Under the pieces are notes generated by a model, which saw only the letters and a program-made list of their open reading frames with translations, had not been told where the DNA came from and searched no databases. A program made the position numbers and the translations under genes. DNA of 64,000 nucleotides, taken from assembly GCF_009914755.1 (NCBI RefSeq), contig NC_060929.1; one strand, 5' to 3'. The DNA is from the human T2T-CHM13v2.0 reference genome, Homo sapiens. Within the stretch, counting starts at the first letter, position 1. Every line of letters begins with the position of its first letter. Below, piece after piece: positions 30,735 through 45,600 of this stretch.

Positions 30735-31168
30735 GTTTAAAAGGCAAACTGAGCCACAATAACAATTACAATTTTAAAAATTTATTTGAACAAACAATTC
30801 AGAAATCAAGCAGCTCGAACCTGAAGTTGTCTGGGAGCTCCACTGAGGAAATACAAGGGAAAGACTTTAATAGGATGAACACAGAAGTAAAGTAAAGAAA
30901 ACATTTGATTGGTTACAAACATATAGTTGCTTTATTTAGTCTATCCCATTGGAAAGTCCCTGGTTATACAGTTTTAAGTTTGCTGGCTGTTTCTGATTGG
31001 TTGAGCTAAAGTTCTAGTTCTAGTTTTCTTTAATATTAGCATTTATAAGAAATAGATGAAGTTAAATTTCACTTATGTTTTCAAATCAAGCAATGTTGAA
31101 GTCATTCATGATGTCTAACTGGTTTTGTCGGCTCAGGGATTCTTTAGGCCTGGAATTAATTTTAACCA
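30735..31168 (-). mobile_element. ERV1 MER4-group LTR (MER57F-like), 3' LTR
   Basis: atttgattggttaca, ctgattggttgagct CCAAT boxes; polypurine tract (ttccctccttttgatc on +) abuts at 31169. Confidence 0.75.
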
Positions 31169-33692
31169 TTCCCTCCTTTTGATCATGCTGGGAGCATGAC
31201 CAAACAGTATAGCTTTACTCTTGGTTCCCACTATTGACATAATCACTGGATCAGAGTCATGTAGATGCTGTTATTATCAATAGCTGCACTGCGATGTAAA
31301 GTCACATGGCCATCATTATTCAAAATTGCATAGTCATCGTAGGCTTGACTAGTCAAACTGTTGGGTCCTTCAATCTATCGAATCCTGATGGCAATCATTT
31401 GATGTGTGAGTGGCTGTTTTTAAAGCATTTAAAACCCTTGAAAGGGTACAACACAGTAGAGAGATAAATACAATAAATATAGGAGAAAAATAGCCAAAGA
31501 TTGAAAAATTCCCTGGAGAAGAAATTTCCAGGTGCCAATATTTAACCAATTAAATAAATCAATGGAGAAGGCAACACATGTTTTGATAAAAGCCGTACTT
31601 GTTCTTTAAGATCCTTTAAATTTGGGGAAACAATTTCTAATTTATCATCATAGAAAGAACATCTTTTATCAACAGAAGCATATGTTTGTCCTTTTTATGC
31701 TGTTAAGGTATTAGGAACTTTTCAATTCTGGAGTAAGATTCTATTTCTTGAAGAGAATTTAAGGTATCATGCTATGAAAACAAAGTAAAAAGGTTAATAT
31801 TTTGAGCAAATTATGATCTTATTTTTGAGTCCAGAGGGCAGCTAGTAAAGAAGAAATCCAGATGTGAGTTTGAAGACTCTTTAGATTGTAGGGTGAGGAT
31901 GGCAATTAAAATCTGATATAGATTTTCTTTATTTGCAGTTTGAATGCCTCTGGTTATACCATCAGGTTTCTGGTGAACTCTCTGAGTGACCCATATACCA
32001 GCAGGCGTGAAGGTCTTCCATGCATAAACTGTGGTAGTGATTTTTCTAAAGTTTAAAATCTTCCAATTTCAGTTTGCAGAACTTGAGAAAAGAAAACTTT
32101 AGTTTTTCATGAAACTAGAAGAATTCAGGATTCAATCCAGTTTATAGGAAGCTAACAAAACTTCAAAGAAAATTAATAGGACTAACATTTTATACTGGAC
32201 ACACTATATTTTTCTATTGAAATATAATCTTTATGATAATCACTCTCATTTTTACCAAAAGCAGTTACAGTTAATTTTTAAAATAAGTCTAATTTCATTA
32301 AACTTGACCTAATTGTCTATATAAGTACAGGAAGAACAGTAATTCTATGTATATTTTAAAACATGCTATTTTACTTAGAGCTTTGGTAACATCCAAGTAG
32401 CTTTGTTTACTTTGCATCAGTCAACATTAGCTTTTTCAACCTATTTGGTAATGAGATGTCTCAGATTAGACCTTAAATACTTCTCTAGATAAGGAAGTCA
32501 AGTTAAAGAGTTGCCCAATTATTTCCTATTACAAGGAGAATAGATTCTTATTGACCCTATGCTAATACCCACATTGACAAAAAAAAATTTGGTAAGATTT
32601 CACATTCTGGAGCTATCAGAGATAGAGAAAAATATGTTCCATTTTAATTTATAAAAATATATTTTGTCAAATATCTGTGAGTTATAGGCAACTTAAGAGA
32701 AAAAGTATTCCTTAAAACTGAAAAATAAGACAGAGAACAAGCAATGTTACAAGTAAAAGTTTTTAAAATTATAATTATTCATCAGCTAATTTAGTCCCAT
32801 ATAATTTCAGTTTGCTTAATATTGGGTTATAGTTCTACAAATTCATTGGTTTTCCATTAGAGTTCTGAAAATTTTTACCCAGCCTAGTAGTATGATGTTA
32901 AAGTTACCAGAAACTTGTTCTTGTCAGTTTTTTAAAGTGTGTATCTTGCAATTTGGTATCACAGCTGCTTTCAAAGCTTTCAGAAAAGCATAAAAATAAA
33001 ACAATAAATGTCTGTCCATGACAAAAGACTTAAAGTGGCCCTTGTTAAAGATCTGATGAAAGTTCAGTATGATGCAATTGACAAGAAAATTTCATTGTTT
33101 TTGTGGCATATAGCAATTTAAGATAATAATTGGATTTACTACTGATAACATTATACCAGGATATAGGAATCTCTAGAAATTTCATACAATTTCTGGAACA
33201 ATCATATCAATAATATATGTAACTTAAAGAAGGTTTAGCATCAATCACTTGACAATGCCTCCCATGAAATTTAACATATCCAATAAGCCTAGTGAGTTTA
33301 ACATCTTTCTTTTTATAGGAAAATAAAAAATCTTTTGAGATATTTCAGGGAACATTCTGCCTTCTAGGAGTCTGCAAAGCTAATATGAAGTCAGCAAGAC
33401 TTAGAATTTCATTTTGGGAAGCTGTCAAAATGTCAAAAGTTTAAAACAATTAAATAGAATTACAGGACACTGTGAAATGAAACCTAAGTGACAAAGATTT
33501 TAAGGGCAAATTCAAAATGTTACACAGTTGTACAAAAAAAACCCCCAGCTCTTTTAATATTGAAAAGACTCACTTTTCTTAAATAATAAAAAAGCAAATA
33601 AAAGACAACATCAAACCCATGAAAGTATCCTAATGAAACACAAAATCTTTGTTTTCTATGTCAATTACTTAAAATATAAAGAAAAAATTTCC

Positions 33693-34000
33693 TGTAAACA
33701 GTGCTGCAATAAACATACATGTGCTACTCAAAAGAATATAAATTAATCTACTATAAAGACACATGCACAAGTATGTTTATTGTAGCACTATTTACAATGA
33801 CCTTTTTTTCTTTCCAGTTTAAGTAAACAAAACACACACCAGGGCCTGTTGGGGGGTAGGGGGAGAGGGGAGGGAACTTAGAGGATGGATCAATAGGTGA
33901 AGCAAACCACCATGGCACACGTATAAATATGTAACAAACCTGCATGTTCTGCACATGTATCCTGTTGTTTACTTTTTTTAGAAGAAATTAAAAAAAAAAA
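33693..34000 (+). mobile_element. Rearranged L1PA8-like 3' fragment
   Basis: gggaacttagaggatggatcaatagg...cacatgtatcc...tttttagaagaaatt tail; TSD aaagaaaaa(at/cg)ttc. Confidence 0.88.
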
Positions 34001-34287
34001 GAAAAACGTTCATAATCAAGAACAAATATTCCAAGAAAACTTTGTTCATGTAACAAAAAGAAAACCCAATTCTGGCTTTGTTTCAGTACATAACTGAGAT
34101 TATTATTTTTTAAATTATAAATAAAATCTATCTAATCTTAGTAATCTGACCACACAAAAACTTCCTCTTTTCCAGACCTTCAAAAACTTTTTGTATCTCT
34201 TCCATTTTGGCCTTACACTTTTCTTCTTTTTTATTATAGAACAATTAGTCATCTTGCTTTAAGACAAAATTACTTCTTTGAACTTAA

Positions 34288-34647
<360 letters not shown>

Positions 34648-34978
34648 TTTTATACGTTTTTATATACACTTGCTTCCTTTAATTTTTACTATTTCTCATA
34701 GTTTTAATTACACATGTTAAATAAAATCCTCAACTCTCAGTAATCTTAATATCTAATGAAAATTAGGAAGTACATAATTTCAGAGTTTTTAAATAACATA
34801 TGCTTCCTATAGCACAAGACATGTTTACCAGTGGAACCAAATATCACTAGTCTTTCTTCAATAAGAAGCCAACAATAGATAACCTTAAACTTATTTTCAG
34901 CAATTAATATTTTTATCTTATTTGGATATAATCTAGATATTTAATGAGTAGCTATCACTTAACTTAGTATACTTATAA

Positions 34979-35531
<553 letters not shown>

Positions 35532-37288
35532 TATTTTTCTTATTAACAAATTCTGTAACAGAGATGACTGAGCTTATTTGATTAGAAAAGCTAGGTAGAA
35601 TACCAGTTTTTACTAAGTCACCTATACCCTTATTCATTTAAGTTTACCCAAGTTACATGAACTTGAAAATTATGTGGTTTAGTTCCTTTGTTTTCTGAGA
35701 AAATATTTAACTTATATACAAACACTTTTTCTTTAGGCTGATTAAATAGAGTTCTTATATATAATTTCTAATTATACCATCTGGATATAGAATAATATTA
35801 CATGTAAGTAACATATAAAGAAGGAGCATACATAAACATACAGACAGAGGCAAATAGAGATTTATGGCTTCAGTTCTGAAATTGTAGCCATTTGCCAGGT
35901 ACAATAATATAAAACTCACTAGATGGATCCAAATTATGTTCTTGGCAGTTTTGATTACCTATTCATATGGCTAAACCCATTTATTAATATTCATGGAAGG
36001 GACTTTTAAGATTTTTCATTTGCCACTTTATTTCTCAAAAGTTCCTCTTTTCTCCCCCTTCTTCTGATGAGTCATTTCCCTGAAGCCTGCATTTTAAATA
36101 TTTAGACATGTCTAAGGAAAGAGAAAAGATGTTAAGTTTTTTTCAAAGAGGAATTTTGGCTATCCACCTATTTTCAGAAATCAATCTTATTGAGACTTGG
36201 ACTAAATTTTAAATGAAAGACTGAGGGGATATCAGTCTATTACCAGATAGTCTTTTACCTTTTAGCCTTAGGCAGTTGATTTTGTAATAATTGAATTGTG
36301 TGCAAGACCAAGAGTTAAATTTCATTGTTGCAGATCCTCCTGGCTCACTTGAGGATCTAATTTTAACGGGAGTTGATGTTGACGAGATTCAGATGAAAAA
36401 GACAAAAGATCAAAGAGGATAGTATATTCGGAATACTTTTAATTAATGTGCTGTAGAGATACCTTTAGAGAAGCTTTTTTCTTTTCTTTTCTTTTGTGGT
36501 AACCATGTCTTTTGGAAACCTCTGTATACTACTCAAAAATGTATCTCATTGTTTCTAGGGCATTCCGTATCCCCTCTTTTTTTTTCCCAATGTGCCCAAA
36601 GATAAATGGTTTCATCTAGAATAAAACATCCTTATTGTCATCACTGTAAATCTAAGTAATCATCCTGAGGTGCACCTATTTCTCTAGAAAAACAAAGGTT
36701 CTGCATCCATAACTTCTGAAAACAAAACTAGCTGGAGTTCTAGATGAAGAAGTCCCAGAATCCCTAGGGTTTGACAAGCCAAAATACTCTGTCCTAAAAT
36801 TTCATTTATCTGAGGCCTCTAATTAGACCCAGTTCAGTTCCTGTCAAAGACCAGTTCTACCTCCAGATCCCAATCCAGATTTCAGACCTACCCTGGAAAC
36901 AAGTGCACGATACTATACCAAATCTAGTCCTTGTCAGACCAAGTCTCACCTGCAGAATAAAACTTGCTCAAATACAGTTGGAGAGCTAATTTCATTTAAC
37001 ACTTACATGTATTGATTTGCCTGTTTGTGTTTATTTATATGTATAAGTAAATTTGTAAGTAAAGGTGTAAATTATGTGTATAATTTACTTATATAACATT
37101 CACTTATATGTGTTTTCTTAAACATTTATATGTATGTCAAAAACTATTGCTACAAATTTGTGGTTTTTCTTTTTAAACTTCAAAACATATTTTCAGGGGC
37201 TAAATCGTGTGAGTTTAAAATTTAAGAGAAAAATTCAGGAAAAAAAACACAATTCCCCGTCCTCTGGCATGTATTTGAAAGAAGATAC

Positions 37289-37600
37289 AATGGTTGACAC
37301 TATCTGAATATTAGAATCACCTGGAAAGAATTTCCAATTTCCCAATGCCAGAGACCCCACCCTCAGAGACTTAGGCTTCATTGGTTTGAACTGAGTGAAA
37401 GCATTGGTAGTGCCTAAAAAGATCCCTCAGGTGATTCCAATGCACTAGCACCATGGTTCTTCAACTTTGATTACCAGAACAACCACAGCAGCATCACCTG
37501 TAAACTTTTCACAACGTCCCAGGCTTCCTCCTATACCTACTGAAGCAGAAACTTTGGTGCTGGGGCTCAGCAATATGAATTTTAACGCGCTCTTAAGGCA
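37289..37600. mobile_element. Two adjacent MER5-family (hAT-Charlie) MITE remnants
   Basis: attagaatcacctgga...caggtgattccaatgca then cagcagcatcacctg...cctactgaagcagaaact. Confidence 0.75.
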
Positions 37601-38764
37601 ACTTTGATAAGGTATCTCTTTGAGTTTCTCTTTTGTATTTCACGTTTTAAGAGGGGTGGAATGTCTTAAAAGCAGATTGGAAAATTTGAGAGAAAAAACT
37701 GAGTCTGCTAAGCTAATTGGGCACAGTTTTTTTGGTGACAAAATTGTTCACAGAAGGTAGCATTATATAAGGTCCTCTCTCTTGCCGTGTAATAAATTCT
37801 GTGTGGTCAGCTCTGTTGCTTTAAGTGCAATTCTCCAGCTGCAGCAGCGTTGGGGGCATAACTCTGACTTTTGGGTAAAATATCAGCAAGCAGCTTTGGC
37901 CATAAATCCAAAGTTTTCTAATTAGCTTTAGCAGATTTATCACTATTTTTTATTTCTATTTGCCATATCTTGTGTCTTAATGACAAAATAGAGTCTAATG
38001 AAGGGGAAATGAAAATAAAGGAGTTACAGTCATTTGCATTTTAAAAATAGGGCTTCTTTCCAGGATAATGCCCAGGTTTGTGGAGAACTACAGCCATATC
38101 AAACAAAGAATATTTGTTTGATATCATCTGCCAAATGATAGGAGATGGCATATTTGAGGGAAGGGACACTTGAAACCTTAAAAGTTTCATGTTAGAAGTT
38201 GGAAATAGTTTCTCATCAGGTTGATATGGCAGAAAAGCTTGAATAAGGGAGAACAGAAGAGCAAGTCATGGTCAAAAGGAGAAAGCCAAGGAAGAAGGTA
38301 CTGGAAAATGTACAGGGCTAGCTTTGAGACAAATTCCATGGATGAGCACCTCTTGGAATATTGTTTAGGGAAGAAGATGCAGACTCTCATAAAAGAGGCT
38401 TGTTTGAATTGTTTCTGTTAGTATGACTTTCCATCTAATGAGTATAGTGACTTTTAAGATTGGGATGCAAATCCTGACTCTAACATTTCCTATGTGATCA
38501 ATTCCTTATCCAGGCAAGCAATGCTTGTATTTGATTAGTTGCATTTTTACTTTGTCTAAGTAAGTATCCTGTGGATGTTTTAATATGCATTTCCTTGATG
38601 AATAATATACTTGAGCTTTAATCACTTCATTTTGTCATTGTTATTTTTCTTTTATGAAGCAAAGCATTTTGTCCAGTTTTCTATTGCCTCAGCCACTGAT
38701 TTTCAACATTATTTTTAATTTCATAAAGTATATAAATATGTAATAAAGTAAAAAAATTAATATG

Positions 38765-39140
38765 TGATATGGTTTGGCTGTGTCCCTACCCAAAATCTCA
38801 TCTCAGAAAGTAATCTCCATAATCCCCACATGTCAAGGCCAGGACCAGGTGGAAGTAATTGGATCATGGGGGTGGTTTCCCCCATACTGTTCGTGATAGT
38901 GAGTCTCACGAGATCTGATGGTTTTATAACCATATGGCATTTCCTCTGCTTTGCACTTTTCCTTCCTGCCACCTTGCGAAGAAGATGACTGCTCTGCCTT
39001 CTGCCATCCCCCTCTCCTCATCTAACATTTCCTGAGGTCTCTACAGCCACATGGAACTGTGAGTCAATTAAACCTCTTTTCTTTATAAATTACCCAGTCT
39101 CAGGCATTTCTTCATAGCAGTGCAAAGATGGACTAATCCA
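38765..39140 (+). mobile_element. THE1 solo LTR (THE1D-like)
   Basis: tgatatggtttggctgtgtcc...ggaactgtgagtcaattaaacctc...ggactaatcca; TSD atatg / atatt. Confidence 0.93.
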
Positions 39141-39179
39141 ATATTATTTACAATATTTTTCTATCTTTGTTATTTTGGT

Positions 39180-39790
39180 ATACAGTTTTCAGACTCTTTA
39201 TATATGCATATACATATTCCTAGAAATACATAGTTTTATTTCAACTCTGTGATTTTACATATAATATAACATTCTTATGCTGACCTGCAACTTGCTTTTT
39301 TCCACTTAACAATACACCTTGAATTTTCCACATCAGCACATGAAGGTATATAACCATTCTAACTGCTATGTAATAGAGCAGTATATAGGATACTTTATAG
39401 ATGTCCAGGATTTATAACAGTCTGCTGTCACAAGCAATGCTGTGAAGTATGTCTCTCTGCATATGTCTTTGAACATATTTGTGTTTTCTCTTGGGGAGAT
39501 AGTTAGAAGTAGAATTATGGGTTAGAGGTAGAATTATGGGGTCATATAGAAAAGGTATTTTAATTTTAAAATGTACTGACAAATAGTGCTCTAAGGAGAT
39601 TCATGAAATTCACCTTTACATCATGAATAGGTATTCTCCTACACATATTTGTGCATGTACTCCATACAGTTGATTTGTTGAATATTTATTTTTATAACTG
39701 GGTGGAAAATGGTGTCATTCATATTATTTCTATTAAGATCAAATATTTTGTCACATGTTCATTAGCCTTTTGTTTACCTGATATGAATTA
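39180..39790 (-). mobile_element. Old L1ME fragment (also at about 38500-38760)
   Basis: tgcaacttgcttttttccacttaacaat, agaagtagaattatggg. Confidence 0.6.
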
Positions 39791-41579
39791 ATTCAATCAA
39801 ATTAGCAATGAAAGTAAACTAGAGTTAAAACAGTGTATTTGATTAAAAGTGTTCATATTTTAAATATATTTTGAAGACAGGATTGGCTAATGGACTAGAG
39901 GAAGGGAAGAGATAGAAATCAAGAAAAACCTTCAGCCTCCCTTAAAATATACATTTATTAATGGGCCAGTATTGAAAACAGATGTGTTTCTAAAGTAATT
40001 ATTTTATTTAAAAATACCACCCACTATGTTGCAAATGTAAAATAACAAAAACATTATTTATAAAAAAACCAACAATTTCAGATCCTTGGTTCACCCATAC
40101 AATCAAAGCTAAGCTCTTTTAATTTGCATTTCTCTAGGATCACAGTTGTAAGCTTGCTCCTTCTCTGGAGAGTTCTCTCTTATACATGTGTATCTGGAAA
40201 GGTGATATTTATAAAAAAGAGAAAGAACAAAGGTGATGAAGTGCTAGAGAAAAGGAAAAATTGTTATTTTAGTCATATGTTGGCAATTTTGCATAATCTG
40301 AAGTTTTAAAATTAGCTGAAAAGGGTATATTTTTCATTCTTTATCCTGTAATTAATTTAGTTGCTAAAAGTATTATACTATAAAATGCAATATTTAAGAA
40401 AAATGATGGTTTCAGGTTTCTTCTTTTAGGTGTACCTATTTCTAAATGGTTCTTAATCTTTATACTTTAATTCTATTTTGTATATGTAATGTTGGATGCC
40501 ACATATAAACAAAAAGGTATATTATCTTTAGTCATCACTAGTGTTGGTTAGCTGAAAATATGGTTCACTCCTACGTAACCCACACATAAATATTCTCTTC
40601 GTTCTCCTCTTCCCCCTCTGCCCCACCTCACCTCCCACCTCCCTATACACGCACTATCAAAGCTATATATGGTCTTTTTATAATATCGTCAATATTAACA
40701 AATTTGCTATTTATATTTTAACATGTTTATTTGTCATATTTCTATCTTCTCTCTTGCTATATGTCTAATAGATAACTTATTTAGTCTAGTCAAACATTAA
40801 TAAAAGTCACAAATACTGTCAATAAAAATTTATGCACTATCCACAAGAGTGGGTGCCTTATCAGGCTGAGTGAAATATCTGCGCTGTCTGACAAATACTG
40901 ATTATGAATAAAGAATAATCAGCAGATTTCCTTCTGTTGCTATAAACACTTGAACAATTATAAACATTTACCCACTTCTATTGAATCCATATTCATCACT
41001 GTTCCATCTGCGAATTACAAATCTCATATATGTCGCTTATAGGGAAAACTTTTCCTAGTTCATCTAATATTACTATACAGCCACTTACTAATTAAGCTAG
41101 TATTTTGATTTTTCAATATAGTAGACTCTTTTTAGCTTTGTTAGCATAATCCAGCATATGTGAGTCTAATTAAATCTGCTAAACTGGTGGTATTGAGTTT
41201 CTGCCCAAAGATAAATTTGCAGCTAAGGTCAAACAAAAAGAGTATGAAACCACTTATGCAGTTAACTGTAAGGGTTTTAAAAGATCTACTTGAAAATATC
41301 TACTTTAGCCTTCTTGAATTCATTATTCTGCATATTGACCTTTAAAACACTCAATCATTAATATCTACACAATTATAAAAATGTGCAGAGTATAATAGAT
41401 AGTTAATAAATGTTTCTAATGAATACTTAAAATAGTGATGATTTTGGTCAACAAAAGTGTAGGGAGTTTTCTATAGAATCTCATAGCTCAGATGTTCAAG
41501 AATGACTGGAAAACCAAAAGCCTTTCCTCAGTAGTAGAAAAGCACATACTTCTCTGACTTTATTTCATATAACATTTCT

Positions 41580-42155
41580 TTCCATAAAATTCCCTGAACA
41601 TGCCAAGTTTGTTTGTTCCTCAGCCATTTTTCTTTTTTTTTCTACTCAGCCTAGGATACTTCCCTCCAAATACTAACATACCATAACGTGCTGGCTGTCT
41701 AGTCCTTTCTCTTTCTTATAATTTTGGTTTATGCTCCAATATCCCATCTTCATAAAGGCCAACACATCTAAGCCCCCCAAATCCACCCTGTGCCCTTGCT
41801 GACAGGTATTCTTTATCTTACTCAACAGTGTAATTTTGTTTTTAGGTATACATGTGTCATGGTGGTTTGCTGCACCTGTCAACCCGTCATCTAGGTTTTA
41901 AGCCCCACATGCATTAGGTATTTGTCCTAATGCTCTCCCTCCCCTTTTTCCCCACCCCCGAACAGGCCCTTGTGTGTGATGTTCCCCTCTCTGTGTCCAT
42001 GTGTTCTCACTGTTCAACTCCCACTTATGAGTGAGAACATGCAGTATTTGGTTTTCTGTTCCTGTGTTAGTTTGCTGAGGATGATGCTTCTCATATTTTT
42101 TTCAAGATTTTTGTCTTCTTGCATTCCCCACCTGAACATGATAAAACATAAGAGA
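41580..42155 (+). mobile_element. L2 fragment interrupted by an L1PA piece
   Basis: ttccctgaacatgccaag...cctcag, gcctaggatacttccct L2 3' motifs. Confidence 0.55.
41843..42090 (-). mobile_element. L1PA8-like 3' UTR fragment lacking its tail
   Basis: aacccgtcatctaggttttaagccccacatgcattagg, cccacttatgagtgagaacatgc. Confidence 0.9.
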
Positions 42156-42204
42156 TAAATAACTCAATTCTACATACTAGTTGGCCCCTCAGCACTTGAA
42201 AGGT

Positions 42205-42525
42205 CTTCAGCCAGAGGTCTGATTATTCTGGGTCCTACAGAATCTGAACGTCTAGACAGCAGACCCGAGGATCTGCACATTTAACCACCTCCCAAGGTCA
42301 TTTTTCAGACAGAAGTAGGAGAATGCTTATTCTTTACAGCATTGGTTCTAAAATTGTGATTCCCAACACCAGCAGCAAGAACATCATCAGATAATTTTTT
42401 TAAACTGTAAATTATCTTACCTAAACCTAAATTTATTGAATGAATCACAAACACTGCAGGTGGGGCCCAGCATTCTGTGGTAAAACAAGGTCTTCCATAA
42501 GATGCTAAAGCCTGAGAACAACCAG
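42205..42525. mobile_element. Tandem MER5-family remnants
   Basis: atctgcacatttaaccacctccc; ggtggggcccagcattctgtgg..aacaag. Confidence 0.65.
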
Positions 42526-44600
42526 GCTGTTCCTCAAATGAAGACAGTTGTGCTAACTAGCTACAAATGATAGTAAAATTTAGTGACATTTTTTCTACTA
42601 GGTTAAACAATAAAACCTGAAATAAATTAGTGATCATAACCTATTAAAATATGCCAGTTGAGAATGATAGAAAAGCTAAACTGGATTTCATGGAGAGCTT
42701 ATAAAAACAACCACAATATTATAAAATTATACCTCAACCAGTACTAAAAATTAATACTGCCCTTTCAAATACATAAATCATGACTTCTTTCTTAAAACTT
42801 CTATTCTTTTTAAAAAGGAATGTGCTTACAGTATGAGGGAGTATATAGTCAGAATTGTATAAAATACATGGAAATAATTTTTTTATTAAGAGGCTTGGTT
42901 TCCAGCACGGACAAATGAGGTATATATTTTTATTATTAGGGTGTTTTTTTGACACCTTAGTTCTTTTTTATCAATATATTTATGATATTGATAAAAATAT
43001 TGAAGATATTAAGGAGCATGGCTTATGGGTTTTTTTGCTTGTTTTCCATTTGCCTTATAGTCATAGTCTACTTTGGCATGTTGTAGTGACATTTCACTAT
43101 CTGGGAGACAGCTATAATTCATTTGTCTTTGTAAATGAAAGCAAATGGCAAGAGTATTGTAGAAAGCTTCAGCTCAATACTTTATACCACCAAGCTGAGA
43201 GGGTTTCTAAGGATAGTGCAGCACAGGCTCCAGAAGCCTAATTGACTCAGTTTTGTTCTGTAATAATAATTACAGTCCTTCTTAATTGAAGCCTGTGAAC
43301 TCTGCCAGGGAGTTTTTAACTCCCTTTTTCCTTTACAGATTTAATAACGGGTCAAACTCTTTAAAAATAAAAACTTATTCCTCCTGTATATTGCTACCTT
43401 CCCTGAGAAAATCTTCTGGAATCCTATGAATTATTTCTTGATTGCTATTCAGACAAGGAAAGTCTACCTGATAGGATATGTAAGAAATACAATACAAAAA
43501 TTTCAATCATCAAAATTTCTGTTAATCTTCCCTGAAAATATATACTCAACAGTCTTTATCACTTTGAAAGAAGGAATGAAATATTTTCTTAAGAAAAACT
43601 CATTGCTTTCAATTGGTCGGATAGAATTTGTCTTTATAATAAATGGAAGCATATTTCTCTGGTAGCCAGAACAATTTTACTGGTTTACTGAAAGTCATTG
43701 TTTTACTTGAGGCGTTGCCAACTTAAATATCTTAAATATTTTACTCAATTACCTAGAGTAAGGAAAAGCACATTCAACATTTGCAAATAATCACTTATGG
43801 TGTGTTTGTATTTTAAAGTTTCTCAGGTTCTTTTAATTAAGTAGAAACTTGCGATAGACATGGAGAAAATATTTTAATAAAAACATAGGAATGCTTCATC
43901 TACATTCTACAGGACATATTTTATAATAAAAATTTACACATCTTGTCTCATTAATTTTAATTCAAGTACTGTTTAGACATACATATGTTTAAAATAAAAT
44001 TAGCTTACAAATTAGTCTTAGTATGCTCTCAAAATCTTAGTTTCTGCTCTCAGAGACATTTACTTTAATTGACTATTATTTAAGATACTCAAATTTTAAT
44101 CATTAATATGTTTAAGAGCTTTGTCCTCATAAATGAGAGATCTATAGATTTAGGTTTAAAAATTACTTTTGAGGGCTTCTAACAATATGAAAAACTAAAC
44201 TGATATACACATACACATTTATGTCTGTATCTATATAGCTCACTACAATTAACAAATGATAACAAAAGTATAGAATTAAGTACAAATTGATATAGGGAAA
44301 GTCCATGGCTTATCTAGGCTCAGACATATGTCCTTATTGCTGGGATGAGTGTTCTGCACACTGTTAGAGAAGATACAGCTTTGGTCTGTGGATGAAATGA
44401 AACTTGGAATAGTCTACTCTGCATAAAGCTCAAAACAAAAATCAATGTTTGAAAATCTCTAGAAAGAAGAAAAAAATACCACTTTAGAAGATTTGAAATC
44501 CCATACCTGGACCATTTTGGGCTATGGGGTGTGAACTATAAATATCTGAAAGTGGGAAGACACAAAACCAAGAAACAAACATAAAAATTTTAACAGTTTT

Positions 44601-44860
44601 GGCCAGGTGTGGTAGCTCACGGCTGTAATCCCAGCACTTTGGGAGGCCAAGGCAGGCGGATCACAAGGTCAGGAGTTCGAGACCAGCCTGACCAACATGG
44701 TGAAACCCTTTCTCTACTAAAAATACAAAAGTTAGCTGGGCGTGGTGGTGTGTACCTGTAACCCCAGCTATTCAGGAGGCTAAGGCAGGAGAATCGCTTG
44801 AACCCGGGAGGTAGAGGTTAGCGAGACACCATCTCAAAAAATAAATAAATAAATAAATAA
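44601..44860 (+). mobile_element. AluSg with a roughly 45-bp right-arm deletion
   Basis: gatcacaaggtcaggagttcgag; gaggtt joined to agcgagac; TSD taacagttt (44591-44599 / 44861-44869). Confidence 0.94.
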
Positions 44861-44986
44861 TAACAGTTTAATAGATACCCATTAGCCCCTCAAAGAAGTA
44901 AGTAAGGTCTTTGCATCAAGACCGCCTTTTGTAACCAAGGCACCTGTAACTCCTACAGACAAACGAATCCCCACTGAAGACAATAT

Positions 44987-45600
44987 TGCCCACATCTGTA
45001 CCCCCATGTTTATTGCAATATTGTTAACAATAGCCAAGAAATGGAATCAACCCAGGTGTCCAAAAACAGATGAATGAAGAAAATGTCACATATATATATT
45101 GACAATATGTAATACTATTCAGGGATTTAAAAAAATGAAATCCCATCATTCACAGCAGCAAGGATGAAACTGGACGACATTATGTTAAGCAAAATATGCC
45201 AAGAACAGATCATTAAACCCTGTATTCCTCACTCACATTTGGAAGCTAAAAAGAGTTGATTTCATAGAAGTAAAAAAGTAGAACAGAGGATACTAGAGGC
45301 TGGGAAGGACAGGGGAAGAGGAACTAGGAAGAGATTTGTTAAAGGATACAATATTGCAGCTTAGTAGGAAGAATAAGATTTAGTATTTTTTAGCACTATA
45401 GGATTTACATAGTTAAAAATAAGCTTCCAAGAGCTGAAGGAAGACATTGAATGTTTCCAACACAAATAATATTTAAGATGATGAATATACTAATTACATG
45501 GTTCTCTATATATTACATTTATTGCAACATCACTATGCACCCCATAAATATGTACAATTATATGCCAATTTAAATATTTTTTAAAATTTAAATAAAATAT
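44987..45600 (+). mobile_element. L1MA3-like 3' end
   Basis: agtagaacagaggatactagaggctgggaagg...gagatttgttaaaggataca. Confidence 0.88.

Noticed and set aside
42855-43241. 128-aa ORF in non-repeat DNA
   Set aside because: Non-ATG start, AT-biased composition, no recognisable domain
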